This document shows positions 8,996 through 17,860 of a stretch of DNA of 64,000 nucleotides, piece by piece. How positions within the stretch are numbered: position 1 is the stretch's first letter; each line of letters opens with the position of its first letter. The stretch covers positions 11,946-75,945 of the forward strand of contig CALRFT010000001.1 in NCBI GenBank assembly GCA_943356745.1. Reading direction: 5' to 3'. Made by a program: the position numbers and the translations under genes. This DNA comes from Parcubacteria group bacterium. Lineage in GTDB: Bacteria > Patescibacteriota > Minisyncoccia > Phycocordibacterales > CSBR16-119. Under the pieces are notes generated by a model. The model was not told where the DNA came from. It saw only the letters and a list, made by a program, of their open reading frames with translations, and made no database searches.

Positions 8996-10714
8996 TTATT
9001 TTTGTCTAGGTTTTATGATCCAATTTTGGATATCTTCGACCGTCCCACCAACCTTTTTCTTTGGATTAAAAATATTCCTCATGTCAAAAATATCTTTGAG
9101 TTCTTGAAACACAGAAACCATGTGATCACCAAACATATATGGCAAATATGGCGTACGAATAATTCCGTCATTATGCTCTGCAGTTATTGAGCCTTCGTAT
9201 TTTTTCACAATTGTATATACTTTTTCCGAAAGTTCAAAAATAATTTTTTGAGTTTCTGGATTTTGAAAATCCATAAGAGGAATTACGTGAAGATTTCCAT
9301 TCCCAAGATGTCCAGCAACTGTATATAAAAGCTTTCGAGAATCCAAAAGTTCAGTAAGTTCTTTCATATAAGCTGGGTAGTGAACAACTGGAATAACACA
9401 ATCATCAATGAAAGGCGCTGTTCTCAGTTTTTTTGAATGATCAGAAAGAAGCTTGAATGAATCTCGACGAATATTCCAATATTTTTCAATCTCTTTTTCA
9501 GTAGTTAAAATTCTTGATGGTAATTTCAAAAATCCCAATGCTTTTTGAGCCCGAATTGCTTCACCTTCTATTTCTTTTCTGTCATTTGAAACAAATTCAA
9601 TCAAAACAACATATTCTGGAATCCCTCCCGTGAGAGACATCCATATTTCTGGAATAAAATTAAATGCATATTTGAGAATTCCCAAAATTCCTTTGTCTTT
9701 CAAAAAATCTTTAAAGAAACGTACTGCAAATTTAAATGTATGCTTATCATATACTTCCATTGTCTCAATATCAAAACCAGAAAGATTTTCAACAATTTTC
9801 GGAAGCCGCTCACTTGAATCAGCAAACAACACCAGAAGATTTGAAAAAGTTTCAATTGGAACAACCTTATATGTTATTTCAGTAATAATCGCAGTTGTGC
9901 CTTGCGCGCCCACAATCATCTTCGTGAGATCAAAAGTTTGAGTTTCTTCATCCCAAACATCCCAAATAAGGTAACCGGAAGAGTTCTTTGTTGTTTTTGG
10001 TTTTGCTTCTTTGATTTCATTTCTATTTCTTTGAATCAAATTCCAGACTGACCGATACAGACGACCCTCAAAAGTATCTTCAATCATTTTTGCGTCGAGT
10101 TCTGTTTTTGATATTGGTTTTACGTGGTATTCATTACCATCAGAAAAAACAGCTTTAAGTTCCAAAACAAAATCTTTATTTTGACCGTACTTCAAGCTTT
10201 TTTCACCCGCGCCATTATTTCCAACCATTCCACCAACAGCACAAAGATTTTTTGAAGCCGGGAAACACGGCATAACCATACTATATTTTTCAAGCTCTTG
10301 TTCAAGAATCTTATAAGGAGTTCCAGGTAAAACCTTAACATGACCAACAACAGGAAATGAATGTTTTGTGATTGGATTATATTGAAAACCGTAATCTTTT
10401 TTTACAATCTCCAAAATACCCGACATGTATTTTGTCGTGTCTACAATAATGGACTCATTAAGAGAACCTCCAGACATGCAAGTTCCTGCGGCTCGAACAG
10501 TGAGCGACAAATCACTATATCCTCCCATTTGACGCTTTACATCGACCCAATGAACCAGTTCTTGGATATCTTTCGAGTGTTTTGGAAAGACAACAACCTG
10601 GGGTTTTACAGAGAAAATACTATAATCCGTACTTCTTGAATTCAAAATTTCCTCACTCATGTCAACATCACCCTCAATAAGGCTTTTAAGTTCTTGAATA
10701 AGTTCTTTTTCCAT
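8996..10714 (-). CDS. FAD-binding oxidoreductase (GlcD / D-lactate dehydrogenase-like, FAD-linked oxidase family)
   Basis: PCMH-type FAD-binding region (VVVFPKHSKDIQELVHW...RAAGTCMSGGS). Start chosen at MEKELIQ; the upstream extension overlaps the PfkB gene promoter. Confidence 0.78.
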   Translation of the reverse strand: MEKELIQELKSLIEGDVDMSEEILNSRSTDYSIFSVKPQVVVFPKHSKDIQELVHWVDVKRQMGGYSDLSLTVRAAGTCMSGGSLNESIIVDTTKYMSGILEIVKKDYGFQYNPITKHSFPVVGHVKVLPGTPYKILEQELEKYSMVMPCFPASKNLCAVGGMVGNNGAGEKSLKYGQNKDFVLELKAVFSDGNEYHVKPISKTELDAKMIEDTFEGRLYRSVWNLIQRNRNEIKEAKPKTTKNSSGYLIWDVWDEETQTFDLTKMIVGAQGTTAIITEITYKVVPIETFSNLLVLFADSSERLPKIVENLSGFDIETMEVYDKHTFKFAVRFFKDFLKDKGILGILKYAFNFIPEIWMSLTGGIPEYVVLIEFVSNDRKEIEGEAIRAQKALGFLKLPSRILTTEKEIEKYWNIRRDSFKLLSDHSKKLRTAPFIDDCVIPVVHYPAYMKELTELLDSRKLLYTVAGHLGNGNLHVIPLMDFQNPETQKIIFELSEKVYTIVKKYEGSITAEHNDGIIRTPYLPYMFGDHMVSVFQELKDIFDMRNIFNPKKKVGGTVEDIQNWIIKPRQK

Positions 10715-10749
10715 ATGTAGCCATTCTACCATGGAAAAGCTTGATTCAA

Positions 10750-10758
10750 TGCTATAAT
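10750..10758 (+). promoter_or_regulatory. extended -10 (TGcTATAAT) 6 nt upstream of the PfkB ATG
   Basis: TGn+TATAAT ending at 10758, with the ATG at 10765. Confidence 0.45.
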
Positions 10759-10764
10759 GCAAAT

Positions 10765-11775
10765 ATGTCGGAACAAAAAAACATTGATTTTTTAGCAATC
10801 GGCGACATTGTCGTTGATGCATTTATACAACTACAAGATGCCAGGGTTCATTGTGATATCAATAATGATAACTGTACGATTTCCATGCGTTTTGGAGACA
10901 AAATACCTTATAAAAACCTTAAGGTTGTTTCGGGAGTTGGAAATTCACCAAATGCAGCTGTGTCAGCAGCTAGACTTGGTCTTTCATCTGCAGTGGCAAC
11001 TCATATTGGTGATGATCAACACGGAAAAGACTGCATAGAATCACTCAGAAAAAATATGGTTAATACGAGTTTTGTTCAAATACAAAAAGGATACGACACA
11101 AACTACCATTTTGTTCTTTCTTTTGAAGCAGAGCGAACTATTCTAATCAAACACGCAGAATTTAAGTATGACTTTCCTTCTATTATTGGAAATCATGTAC
11201 CGAAATGGATTTACTTTAGTTCAGTTGCACCAAATTCTCTTCACTATCACGAACAAATTGGTGACTATTTGAAAAAAAATAAAGATGTTCGCTTTGCCTT
11301 CCAACCTGGAACATTCCAGATTAGTCTTGGTGCAGAAAAGTTGAAAGATATTTACCAAAGAACTGAAATATTTTTCTGCAATAGAGAAGAAGCCCAGAAA
11401 ATTCTATCCTCAAATTCGAGTGAAATTATTGAACTTCTCAAAGGTATTCACAATCTTGGACCAAAGATTGTTTGCATTACAGATGGTCCAGACGGAGCGT
11501 ATGCATACGATGGAACAAATGCTTGGTTTCAACCAATTTATCCAGATCCAAAACCTCCAGTGGAAAGAACTGGCGCGGGAGATAGTTTTGCATCAACTTT
11601 CACCTCAGCACTTGCGCTCGGACTTTCAATCGAACAAGCGCTTTCTTGGGGTCCAATTAACTCCATGAATGTTGTTCAGTATATTGGCGCACAAGAAGGA
11701 TTGCTCACAAGAAAAGAATTGGAAGAGTTTTTGGAAAATGCACCCAGCTCTTACAAAAGTAAAAAAATACTTTAA
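10765..11775 (+). CDS. PfkB-family carbohydrate kinase (ribokinase-like)
   Basis: PfkB signature DTxGAGD region (VERTGAGDSFASTF) and an N-terminal GG motif. The ORF track begins at a TTG at 10741; the ATG at 10765 is preferred. Confidence 0.85.
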   Translation: MSEQKNIDFLAIGDIVVDAFIQLQDARVHCDINNDNCTISMRFGDKIPYKNLKVVSGVGNSPNAAVSAARLGLSSAVATHIGDDQHGKDCIESLRKNMVNTSFVQIQKGYDTNYHFVLSFEAERTILIKHAEFKYDFPSIIGNHVPKWIYFSSVAPNSLHYHEQIGDYLKKNKDVRFAFQPGTFQISLGAEKLKDIYQRTEIFFCNREEAQKILSSNSSEIIELLKGIHNLGPKIVCITDGPDGAYAYDGTNAWFQPIYPDPKPPVERTGAGDSFASTFTSALALGLSIEQALSWGPINSMNVVQYIGAQEGLLTRKELEEFLENAPSSYKSKKIL

Positions 11776-11777
11776 CC

Positions 11778-12065
11778 ATGTCTGAAACCTCAAAACAAAT
11801 TAATAATATAAACGACCTCACAAAAGAACAAACTGACACTTGGATTGAAGGAGTTCTTCGTGAATATGATTGGCTCACCAAAGACAAACAAAAAATTTGT
11901 GATGAACTCAAACAAGTTCAAGAAAAACTTCGACCTCTTGAAGATCAGTATCTAGATTTTGTAGAGCATCACAAAAAAGATACCGAGGAAGCAATGGAAA
12001 CCAAACATAAAATACAGGTATTACAAGGTAAACTACGACAACTCTATGAGTTGTATAGAAAATAA
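11778..12065 (+). CDS. hypothetical coiled-coil protein (95 aa)
   Basis: Charged helical ORF, tightly packed after the PfkB gene. Confidence 0.5.
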   Translation: MSETSKQINNINDLTKEQTDTWIEGVLREYDWLTKDKQKICDELKQVQEKLRPLEDQYLDFVEHHKKDTEEAMETKHKIQVLQGKLRQLYELYRK

Positions 12066-12066
12066 T

Positions 12067-12279
12067 ATGGATAATAGTTTTAATTTTGAAAAAATTACAA
12101 AACAGAAAACAGCTCAAGAACTCATGACAGAACTAGAAAATCTTAATGTAAAAAAAAATGAACTAGAGCAAACGGAGGAAAGTTTTGATGAACCAAATAA
12201 TTTGTTTGAATTAGAAAAAGTAAAACAAAATATTACACAAGTAGAAAAAGATCTCCAAAGACGAGTAGATAATAACTAA
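12067..12279 (+). CDS. hypothetical coiled-coil protein (70 aa)
   Basis: ATG one nt after the previous stop; E/K-rich. Confidence 0.45.
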   Translation: MDNSFNFEKITKQKTAQELMTELENLNVKKNELEQTEESFDEPNNLFELEKVKQNITQVEKDLQRRVDNN

Positions 12280-12280
12280 C

Positions 12281-12394
12281 ATGACAGATTTCGAAAAAGA
12301 GATTCAAAAAATTCAAGAAGAAATTGCAGTCAAAGCAATGGTTGGTGAAGACACAAAAAAGCTTGAAGAAAAATTAAAAAAACTAAAAAAGTAA
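12281..12394 (+). CDS. small hypothetical protein (37 aa)
   Basis: MTDFEKEIQKIQEEIAVKAMVGEDTKKLEEKLKKLKK; ATG two nt after the previous stop; its stop lies inside the terminator. Confidence 0.35.
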   Translation: MTDFEKEIQKIQEEIAVKAMVGEDTKKLEEKLKKLKK

Positions 12395-12420
12395 GCATTT
12401 GCTTACTTTTTTAGTTTTTT
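12391..12420 (+). terminator. rho-independent terminator
   Basis: gtaagca-ttt-tgcttac followed by TTTTTT. Confidence 0.75.
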
Positions 12421-12427
12421 TAGATAC

Positions 12428-12456
12428 TTGACAAATTTATGTTTAAATGATATTAT
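12428..12456 (+). promoter_or_regulatory. sigma70-type promoter
   Basis: TTGACA, 17-nt spacer, then TATTAT. Confidence 0.55.
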
Positions 12457-12481
12457 TTGTTTAAATTTAAAACTTTATCTT

Positions 12482-12664
12482 ATGAAAACAATCTCGTTCC
12501 TTCTTTTTTCGCTTTTCGCAATACTAATGGTAAAAATTAGCTTTGTGCCAGCAATATCAAGCCAAGCCTTCCAAGATGAAAACTTATTTATTGCCGGATC
12601 GGTTTCGGGAACACTCGGCTTATTATTTCTATCTCTAAGCAGAAATAAAATGACCTCTTTATAA
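12482..12664 (+). CDS. small membrane protein (60 aa)
   Basis: MKTISFLLFSLFAILMVKISFVPA...; two hydrophobic helices; preceded by its own promoter. Confidence 0.45.
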   Translation: MKTISFLLFSLFAILMVKISFVPAISSQAFQDENLFIAGSVSGTLGLLFLSLSRNKMTSL

Positions 12665-12680
12665 AGAGGTCATTTTTTAT
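12647..12680. terminator. bidirectional terminator
   Basis: Perfect hairpin aaaatgacctcttt-ataa-agaggtcatttt with T-runs on both strands. Confidence 0.8.
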
Positions 12681-13678
12681 TTTCTAGCTCTTACTTTTTT
12701 AACTGCTATTTTAATATCACTCACTGTGAGACCATACTCTTTGTAAAGTTCTTCTGCTGTTCCTGACTGACCAAATCTATCGTGAACCCCCACAAACTCC
12801 ATCGGTCTTGGGAAATCTGAAGCCAAACATTCAGCAATCGCACTTCCCAATCCTCCAGTTACTTGATGCTCTTCAACAGTCACTATCCCTCCGCAATCTT
12901 TTGCAAATTTTCGAATTGATTGAGTATCAAGAGGTTTTATTGTTGCAAGATTCATCACAGAAACAGAAACTCCTTCTTCTGCAAGTTCTCGAGCTGCAAG
13001 TATCGCAGAATATACAAGTGATCCACAAGCAATAATTCCAACTTCCGGAAGTTTTCCAGAGTATGAATGTCCATCAAAAAATATTTGTGCCTTCCCTATT
13101 TCAAATGAGGTTTCTTCTGTTGTAAAAACCGGACTCTTTTCCCGAGCAAGTCGTATATACACTGGACCATTATGCTTGGTCGCAGCGACAGTTGCTTTGT
13201 ATGCTTCGTTGCTGTCACATGGCACAAGAACTGTCATGTTTGGTTGCATTCGCATGAGTCCAATATCTTCTAAAGCTTGATGAGTTGCACCGTCGGGACC
13301 CACAGAAAGCCCAGCGTGACAACCAACAATTTTCACTGGGAAATTATTCAAAGAAATTGTTGTACGAATTTGTTCGTTGTTTCTTCCTGGAGAAAAAGCA
13401 GCGTATGACATAATAAATGGAATCTTTCCATAATTTGCCATTCCAGATGCTAAAGCCGCAAGATTTTGTTCCGCAACCCCAAGTTCAACATAGCGTTCAG
13501 GAAATTCTTTTTGAAACCATTCTGTTCTTGTTGATTCAGATAAGTCTGCACAAAGTGCCACAACTCGAGCATCTTGCTTTCCAGCTTCAACCAAACCAAG
13601 CCCAAAACCGTCTCGAGTTGCTTTTTGCTCGAGTTTTATTTTTGAAAATAAATCTTTGTGAAGTTTTGGATCAAACAT
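12677..13678 (-). CDS. tktB: transketolase, C-terminal (pyrimidine-binding) subunit
   Basis: 333-aa split-transketolase C half (GADGPTHQ-like GPDGATHQALEDIG). Confidence 0.92.
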   Translation of the reverse strand: MFDPKLHKDLFSKIKLEQKATRDGFGLGLVEAGKQDARVVALCADLSESTRTEWFQKEFPERYVELGVAEQNLAALASGMANYGKIPFIMSYAAFSPGRNNEQIRTTISLNNFPVKIVGCHAGLSVGPDGATHQALEDIGLMRMQPNMTVLVPCDSNEAYKATVAATKHNGPVYIRLAREKSPVFTTEETSFEIGKAQIFFDGHSYSGKLPEVGIIACGSLVYSAILAARELAEEGVSVSVMNLATIKPLDTQSIRKFAKDCGGIVTVEEHQVTGGLGSAIAECLASDFPRPMEFVGVHDRFGQSGTAEELYKEYGLTVSDIKIAVKKVRARK

Positions 13679-13689
13679 ACAAATTTAAA

Positions 13690-13944
13690 TTAAAGCGAAT
13701 ATGAAGTAAGACACTCTTGATAGAATGATTCTTCTCGAGCTTTATCGTCATATTCTTGTGAAGATGTAAGATCGGTACAAAATTCTTCAACATTTGCATA
13801 ACCTTCAAACTGCGCCGTGTCTCGAGTTGGTAAAAACTCCTCCTGTGATTTTCCTCTATTTTGAATCTTTGAAGCAATGAGAAGAATAATTGCAATACCT
13901 ATAATACTAAGCATCAATATTGTTTTTTTACTTAATTTAGTCAT
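13690..13944 (-). CDS. small membrane protein inserted between the transketolase halves
   Basis: 84 aa with one TM helix (ILMLSIIGIAIILLIA) and an acidic Cys-containing tail. Overlaps the tktN stop by 8 nt. Confidence 0.4.
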   Translation of the reverse strand: MTKLSKKTILMLSIIGIAIILLIASKIQNRGKSQEEFLPTRDTAQFEGYANVEEFCTDLTSSQEYDDKAREESFYQECLTSYSL

Positions 13945-14800
13945 GATGTGTAGATTCTATTTTACCTCGTAATGTTCGTAATTCTTTTAAGAATTTTTGC
14001 TCTTCTTCTTTTGTTGGCGGTTTTCCATGCCATGTGTAATCAAATTCAATTTCTTTAATTCCTTTACCTGGAATTGTATGAGCAATAATCATAATTGGCT
14101 TTTCGTAAATAGCGCGAGCTGTATCAATCGCATACACAACTTCTTCAATATTATTTCCATTCACCTCAATAACATGCCAATTAAATGATTCCCATTTATC
14201 CTTGAGCGGTTCAATAGGCATAACATCTTCAGTCATTCCATTAATCTGAATATTATTTCTATCAATAATTCCTATTAAATTTGAAAGTCTATTTTTCCCT
14301 GCAAACATAGCTGCCTCCCAAATATTTCCTGTTTGCATTTCACCGTCAGACATAAGACAAAAGGTTGTAAACTTTTTGTTATCCATTCTTCCAGCATATG
14401 CAATACCAGCAGCTTGGGAAAGCCCAGATCCAAGTGGTCCTGACGTTGTCTCAAGAGCAAATATCTTACTTCTTTCTGGGTGACCTTGAAGTCTTGAACC
14501 AAACTTTCGAAGAGTTTTGAGTTCCTCGATTGGAAAATATCCAGCCAGTGCCATCACGGCGTAACGAATCGGTACAATATGTCCATTTGAAAGAATAATT
14601 CTATCTCTTTCTTCCCAATCTGGATTATGAACATCATGTTTTGCGGAATGAAAATAAAGTGCAGTAAAAATATCCGCAATACCAAGAGGTCCAGCAGTAT
14701 GACCTGAACCGGCGTCTTCAAGCATATCAACAACGAGCATTCTTGCTTCGTTTGCTTTGAGTTCAAGTTCTTTGATTGTGTGAGGAGGAATAAATGACAT
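13937..14800 (-). CDS. tktA: transketolase, N-terminal (TPP-binding) subunit
   Basis: 287 aa with a TPP-binding GDG motif (MSDGEMQTGN) and the His pair SGHTAGPLGIAD. Confidence 0.92.
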   Translation of the reverse strand: MSFIPPHTIKELELKANEARMLVVDMLEDAGSGHTAGPLGIADIFTALYFHSAKHDVHNPDWEERDRIILSNGHIVPIRYAVMALAGYFPIEELKTLRKFGSRLQGHPERSKIFALETTSGPLGSGLSQAAGIAYAGRMDNKKFTTFCLMSDGEMQTGNIWEAAMFAGKNRLSNLIGIIDRNNIQINGMTEDVMPIEPLKDKWESFNWHVIEVNGNNIEEVVYAIDTARAIYEKPIMIIAHTIPGKGIKEIEFDYTWHGKPPTKEEEQKFLKELRTLRGKIESTHHD

Positions 14801-14812
14801 GGTTATATTGTA

Positions 14813-15514
14813 CTATATTTCTGATTCAGAATTTTCACCCGAAAGCGTGTGGATTGCCTCTACGACATCAATACTTTTTGATAAGTATGACCCAGAGACA
14901 AGGCGAGTAGCGCCAGCTTTGATAAGTTGTTTTGAAGTTTCAGGACTTACACCTCCATCAATACTGACAATCATATCGGGAACGATTTTTTTAACTTGTT
15001 TTATTTGTGTAAGGACTCTTTCATCAAATACCTGGCCTTGCTTCCCAATTGTTTCAATCCCCATACATTGGACAAAGTCAACATGTTTCAATATTTCAGA
15101 ATATTCTGAGATTAAATCATCACACGAGAAAGCAATTCCAAAATGAATAAAACTCTGAACACTTCTGTGTTTTTCAAGAAAAGCTATGTATGATTTTGGA
15201 TCCACACTCCCTGCATGAATAATAATTCGTGAAGGACCCCACTCAATAAATCTCTCAAGACTTTCTAGTGGATTTGCAATCATAAGATCAAGTTCAATAT
15301 CAATATCCTGCCAACCAGGAAAACCTTCTTCTTCAAGAATTTTATATTCTTCGTACTGGTTTTTGCTGTTGTATGGCCATGTTTTTGGCGCTGCAAAATC
15401 ACCATCAACCAAATCAATTTGAATAGTTTGAATTGAGGTTTCAAGATACCGAGAAACAGTATCTTCGATATCTTTTCTTGTTTTTGGTAATACCGCAGGA
15501 ATTATTTCAATCAT
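14813..15514 (-). CDS. rpe: ribulose-phosphate 3-epimerase family protein
   Basis: IDLVDGDF and SIDGGVS...AGA...VSGSYL motifs typical of the RPE TIM barrel. Start chosen at MIEIIPAVL. Confidence 0.78.
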   Translation of the reverse strand: MIEIIPAVLPKTRKDIEDTVSRYLETSIQTIQIDLVDGDFAAPKTWPYNSKNQYEEYKILEEEGFPGWQDIDIELDLMIANPLESLERFIEWGPSRIIIHAGSVDPKSYIAFLEKHRSVQSFIHFGIAFSCDDLISEYSEILKHVDFVQCMGIETIGKQGQVFDERVLTQIKQVKKIVPDMIVSIDGGVSPETSKQLIKAGATRLVSGSYLSKSIDVVEAIHTLSGENSESEI

Positions 15515-15521
15515 ATGAATA

Positions 15522-16622
15522 TTATAAAACAATAAGGAGAATAATGATAAACAAAACAAGAACCCAGAACAAACCTCGAACACCAGCGCTATGATGACGA
15601 CTTATGTAGCCCTTACCGTGTTCCAATTTTGCTTGTCTTGCAAGAGCATTGAGCTCTAATCTTTCAATAAAAAGTTCTTGTGCTTTCCCAACATTTGAGT
15701 CTTCACCAAGCCATGCATCCAAAGCAGGTGCTTGCAGTGCTCGTGAAAAAGAAAATGTAACCTGCCATGGATATGGACCAAGCGCCGCGATTTCGTTGAG
15801 ATTATGAAGAGCGTATTGTGGATTTTGTCCACCAGATAAAAACACAACACCTCCTGTGTGTGGCGGAACATTTTTTTTCAAAACTTCAGCAGTATGTTTT
15901 GCAACCAATTCATGGGAAGCTTCAACCTCTGCTTCACTTCCAGCAACAACCATACTTGTCTTGAGAATCAGACCCCCGAGATAGACTTCATGTTTTTCCA
16001 GAGCTTGGAAAAGTTTTTCTAACACTTTTTCAGTGACAATTTTCGCTCGTTCAATCGTATGATTTCCATCGAGCAAGACTTCAGGTTCAACCATGGGAAC
16101 CATTCCAGTTTCTTGTACCACTCTTGCATATCTCGCTAGAAGTTCACAGTTTTCTTCAATTGCCTTTTCACTCGGAAGAGTGTCGCTTACAGAAAAAGCT
16201 GCGCGCCATTTTGTAAATGTTGCATTCATCTGTTTGTAGTCAAACAAACGACTTCTTAAATCTTCTATTCCCTTTGTTTTTGTTTCAAGACTGTTTGGTT
16301 CAAGTGGTTCTAAACCAAGATCAACCTTAATACCAATCAAAACTCCTTTTCGTTTCAAAAGATCACGGAAAAGTTCTCCGTCGAGTGTCATTTGACGTAT
16401 TGTTTCATCATACAAAATAACCCCAGAAACATATTTTTCAATGTGAGGAGTCACAAGAAGAAGTTCTCGATATCGCCTTCTATTTTCTTCTGTTCCAGGA
16501 ATATTATATTCTGCAAATCTTTTATTGCATGAAGTGTTGCTTTCATCAGCAGCCAAAATACCCTTATGTCTATGTATAAGTTGTGTGGTGATTGTTGTGA
16601 GTTTATGTTTGTCTATTTGCAT
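15522..16622 (-). CDS. fba: fructose-bisphosphate aldolase class I, with an atypical hydrophobic C-terminal tail
   Basis: ILAADES motif and class I aldolase conservation. The C-terminus ends ...GLFWVLVLFIIILLIVL instead of the usual ...SLFxxNHAY. Confidence 0.88.
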   Translation of the reverse strand: MQIDKHKLTTITTQLIHRHKGILAADESNTSCNKRFAEYNIPGTEENRRRYRELLLVTPHIEKYVSGVILYDETIRQMTLDGELFRDLLKRKGVLIGIKVDLGLEPLEPNSLETKTKGIEDLRSRLFDYKQMNATFTKWRAAFSVSDTLPSEKAIEENCELLARYARVVQETGMVPMVEPEVLLDGNHTIERAKIVTEKVLEKLFQALEKHEVYLGGLILKTSMVVAGSEAEVEASHELVAKHTAEVLKKNVPPHTGGVVFLSGGQNPQYALHNLNEIAALGPYPWQVTFSFSRALQAPALDAWLGEDSNVGKAQELFIERLELNALARQAKLEHGKGYISRHHSAGVRGLFWVLVLFIIILLIVL

Positions 16623-16623
16623 A

Positions 16624-17097
16624 TTATAAAAAGTCTTCAAAAAGTTTATCAATTTTTTCTATTCTTCTGACATGTCTTTCGTCTTCAGAAAAAGGAGTAT
16701 TGAGCCATTGTTGCACCACCATTTTTGCTTCAGGAAGTCCGACAAAACGCGCTCCAAGGCTCAAAATATTTGCGTCATTGTGTTCTCGTGAAAGAGAAAT
16801 AATTTCAACATTTCCACCATAGTAAGAAACAGCGCGAACATTGGCAAATCTGTTGCAAACAATTGCTTCACCTGTTCCACTTCCTCCGAGCACAATTCCT
16901 CGCAAGGTATCAGAATGTCTTGAAACATCTCGCGCAACAAGTTTTACAAAATCTGGATAATCATCTTCCGAGTTATGTTTCCAGGCACCATGATCAACAA
17001 CCTCATATCCTTCTTCTTTCAAAAAAGAAATGAGTTCTTGTTTCAATTCAAAACCAGCATGATCACTCGCAATTGCGATTGTTCCTTTTGTCTTCAT
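16624..17097 (-). CDS. rpiB: ribose-5-phosphate isomerase B
   Basis: RpiB/LacAB family (GTGxG... CNRFANVRA). Start chosen at MKTKGTIAI. Confidence 0.9.
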   Translation of the reverse strand: MKTKGTIAIASDHAGFELKQELISFLKEEGYEVVDHGAWKHNSEDDYPDFVKLVARDVSRHSDTLRGIVLGGSGTGEAIVCNRFANVRAVSYYGGNVEIISLSREHNDANILSLGARFVGLPEAKMVVQQWLNTPFSEDERHVRRIEKIDKLFEDFL

Positions 17098-17109
17098 ATT
17101 TACATTGTA

Positions 17110-17150
17110 CCAGAAAAAACAAAAACCCCGTGAATATTCACGGGGTTTTT
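17110..17150. repeat. 41-bp repeat copy 1, containing a palindromic terminator
   Basis: ccagaaaaaacaaaaaccccgtgaatattcacggggttttt, identical to 17861-17901; the stem is ccccgtgaatattcacgggg. Confidence 0.9.
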
Positions 17151-17821
17151 TCTTCATTTCTGAAAAGAGAAATCCAATTTGTAATCTCCTCGTAATTTTT
17201 AAGACCGATTTCCACTGCACGAGATTTACAAATAGTTAAAAGTTCATCAACGGAAAAATCCTTCAGGTATACCAGCATCATAAGAGAAAAAGTATTCCAA
17301 AAATTGTCTTGAAAATTTGACGACAAGCTCATGATTTCAAGCAGTGTGTCTTCTTTTTCTTTTTTCCCTTTTGCTAAAATATACTTGATATCGTATTTTA
17401 CCCAAAAGTTTTCATACAATGCTAGCGGACTTGTTTTTTCTACCCATTCAAAAGAGGATAGATGTTTTGTCTTTCCCGCAATAAGCCCAATAACAGAAAG
17501 GCGTTCAAATTTTCTATCCGGATATTCTACCTCTGTCCATTTTTCATTCAAAAAAATAAAAAGGGTGTCATAAAAATCTTGAGTATCAATACCTGCCCGC
17601 TGAACCCACGACACAAATGAAATAAAATTAGGATACTGCGGAAATAATTCAAGAGAACCGGGAATTATTTCAATAGACAAGTCGGTGAAATCGTTTCGAA
17701 TAATTGAATTATTTTTTAAAAAATCAGCATATAAATCTCTTAGTAAAAAACCATCTTTTGATATGGGTTGATCATTCCTAAGCATTTGAGCCAATTCCGT
17801 AATGTTTGTAAGTTTTTTCAT
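17138..17821 (-). CDS. hypothetical protein (227 aa)
   Basis: Intact ORF with no recognisable motif; its stop codon lies in the loop of repeat copy 1. Confidence 0.55.
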   Translation of the reverse strand: MKKLTNITELAQMLRNDQPISKDGFLLRDLYADFLKNNSIIRNDFTDLSIEIIPGSLELFPQYPNFISFVSWVQRAGIDTQDFYDTLFIFLNEKWTEVEYPDRKFERLSVIGLIAGKTKHLSSFEWVEKTSPLALYENFWVKYDIKYILAKGKKEKEDTLLEIMSLSSNFQDNFWNTFSLMMLVYLKDFSVDELLTICKSRAVEIGLKNYEEITNWISLFRNEEKTP

Positions 17822-17860
17822 AGTACAGTATTTTTTGTTTTCATCACCTTATCACATTAT

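Noticed and set aside
10741-10764. TTG-initiated N-terminal extensions proposed by the ORF track (10741 for PfkB, 24984 for the 94-aa gene, 20872 for gatB, 23751 for yqeY)
   Set aside because: Each extension overlaps a clear -10 promoter hexamer or a terminator hairpin. The downstream ATG matches the conserved protein N-terminus.
15534-15594. Plus-strand AAGGAG Shine-Dalgarno sequence plus ATG encoding a 16-aa peptide, antisense to the fba/rpe junction
   Set aside because: It is very short, antisense to two coupled conserved genes, and has no terminator or promoter context. It is most likely coincidence.
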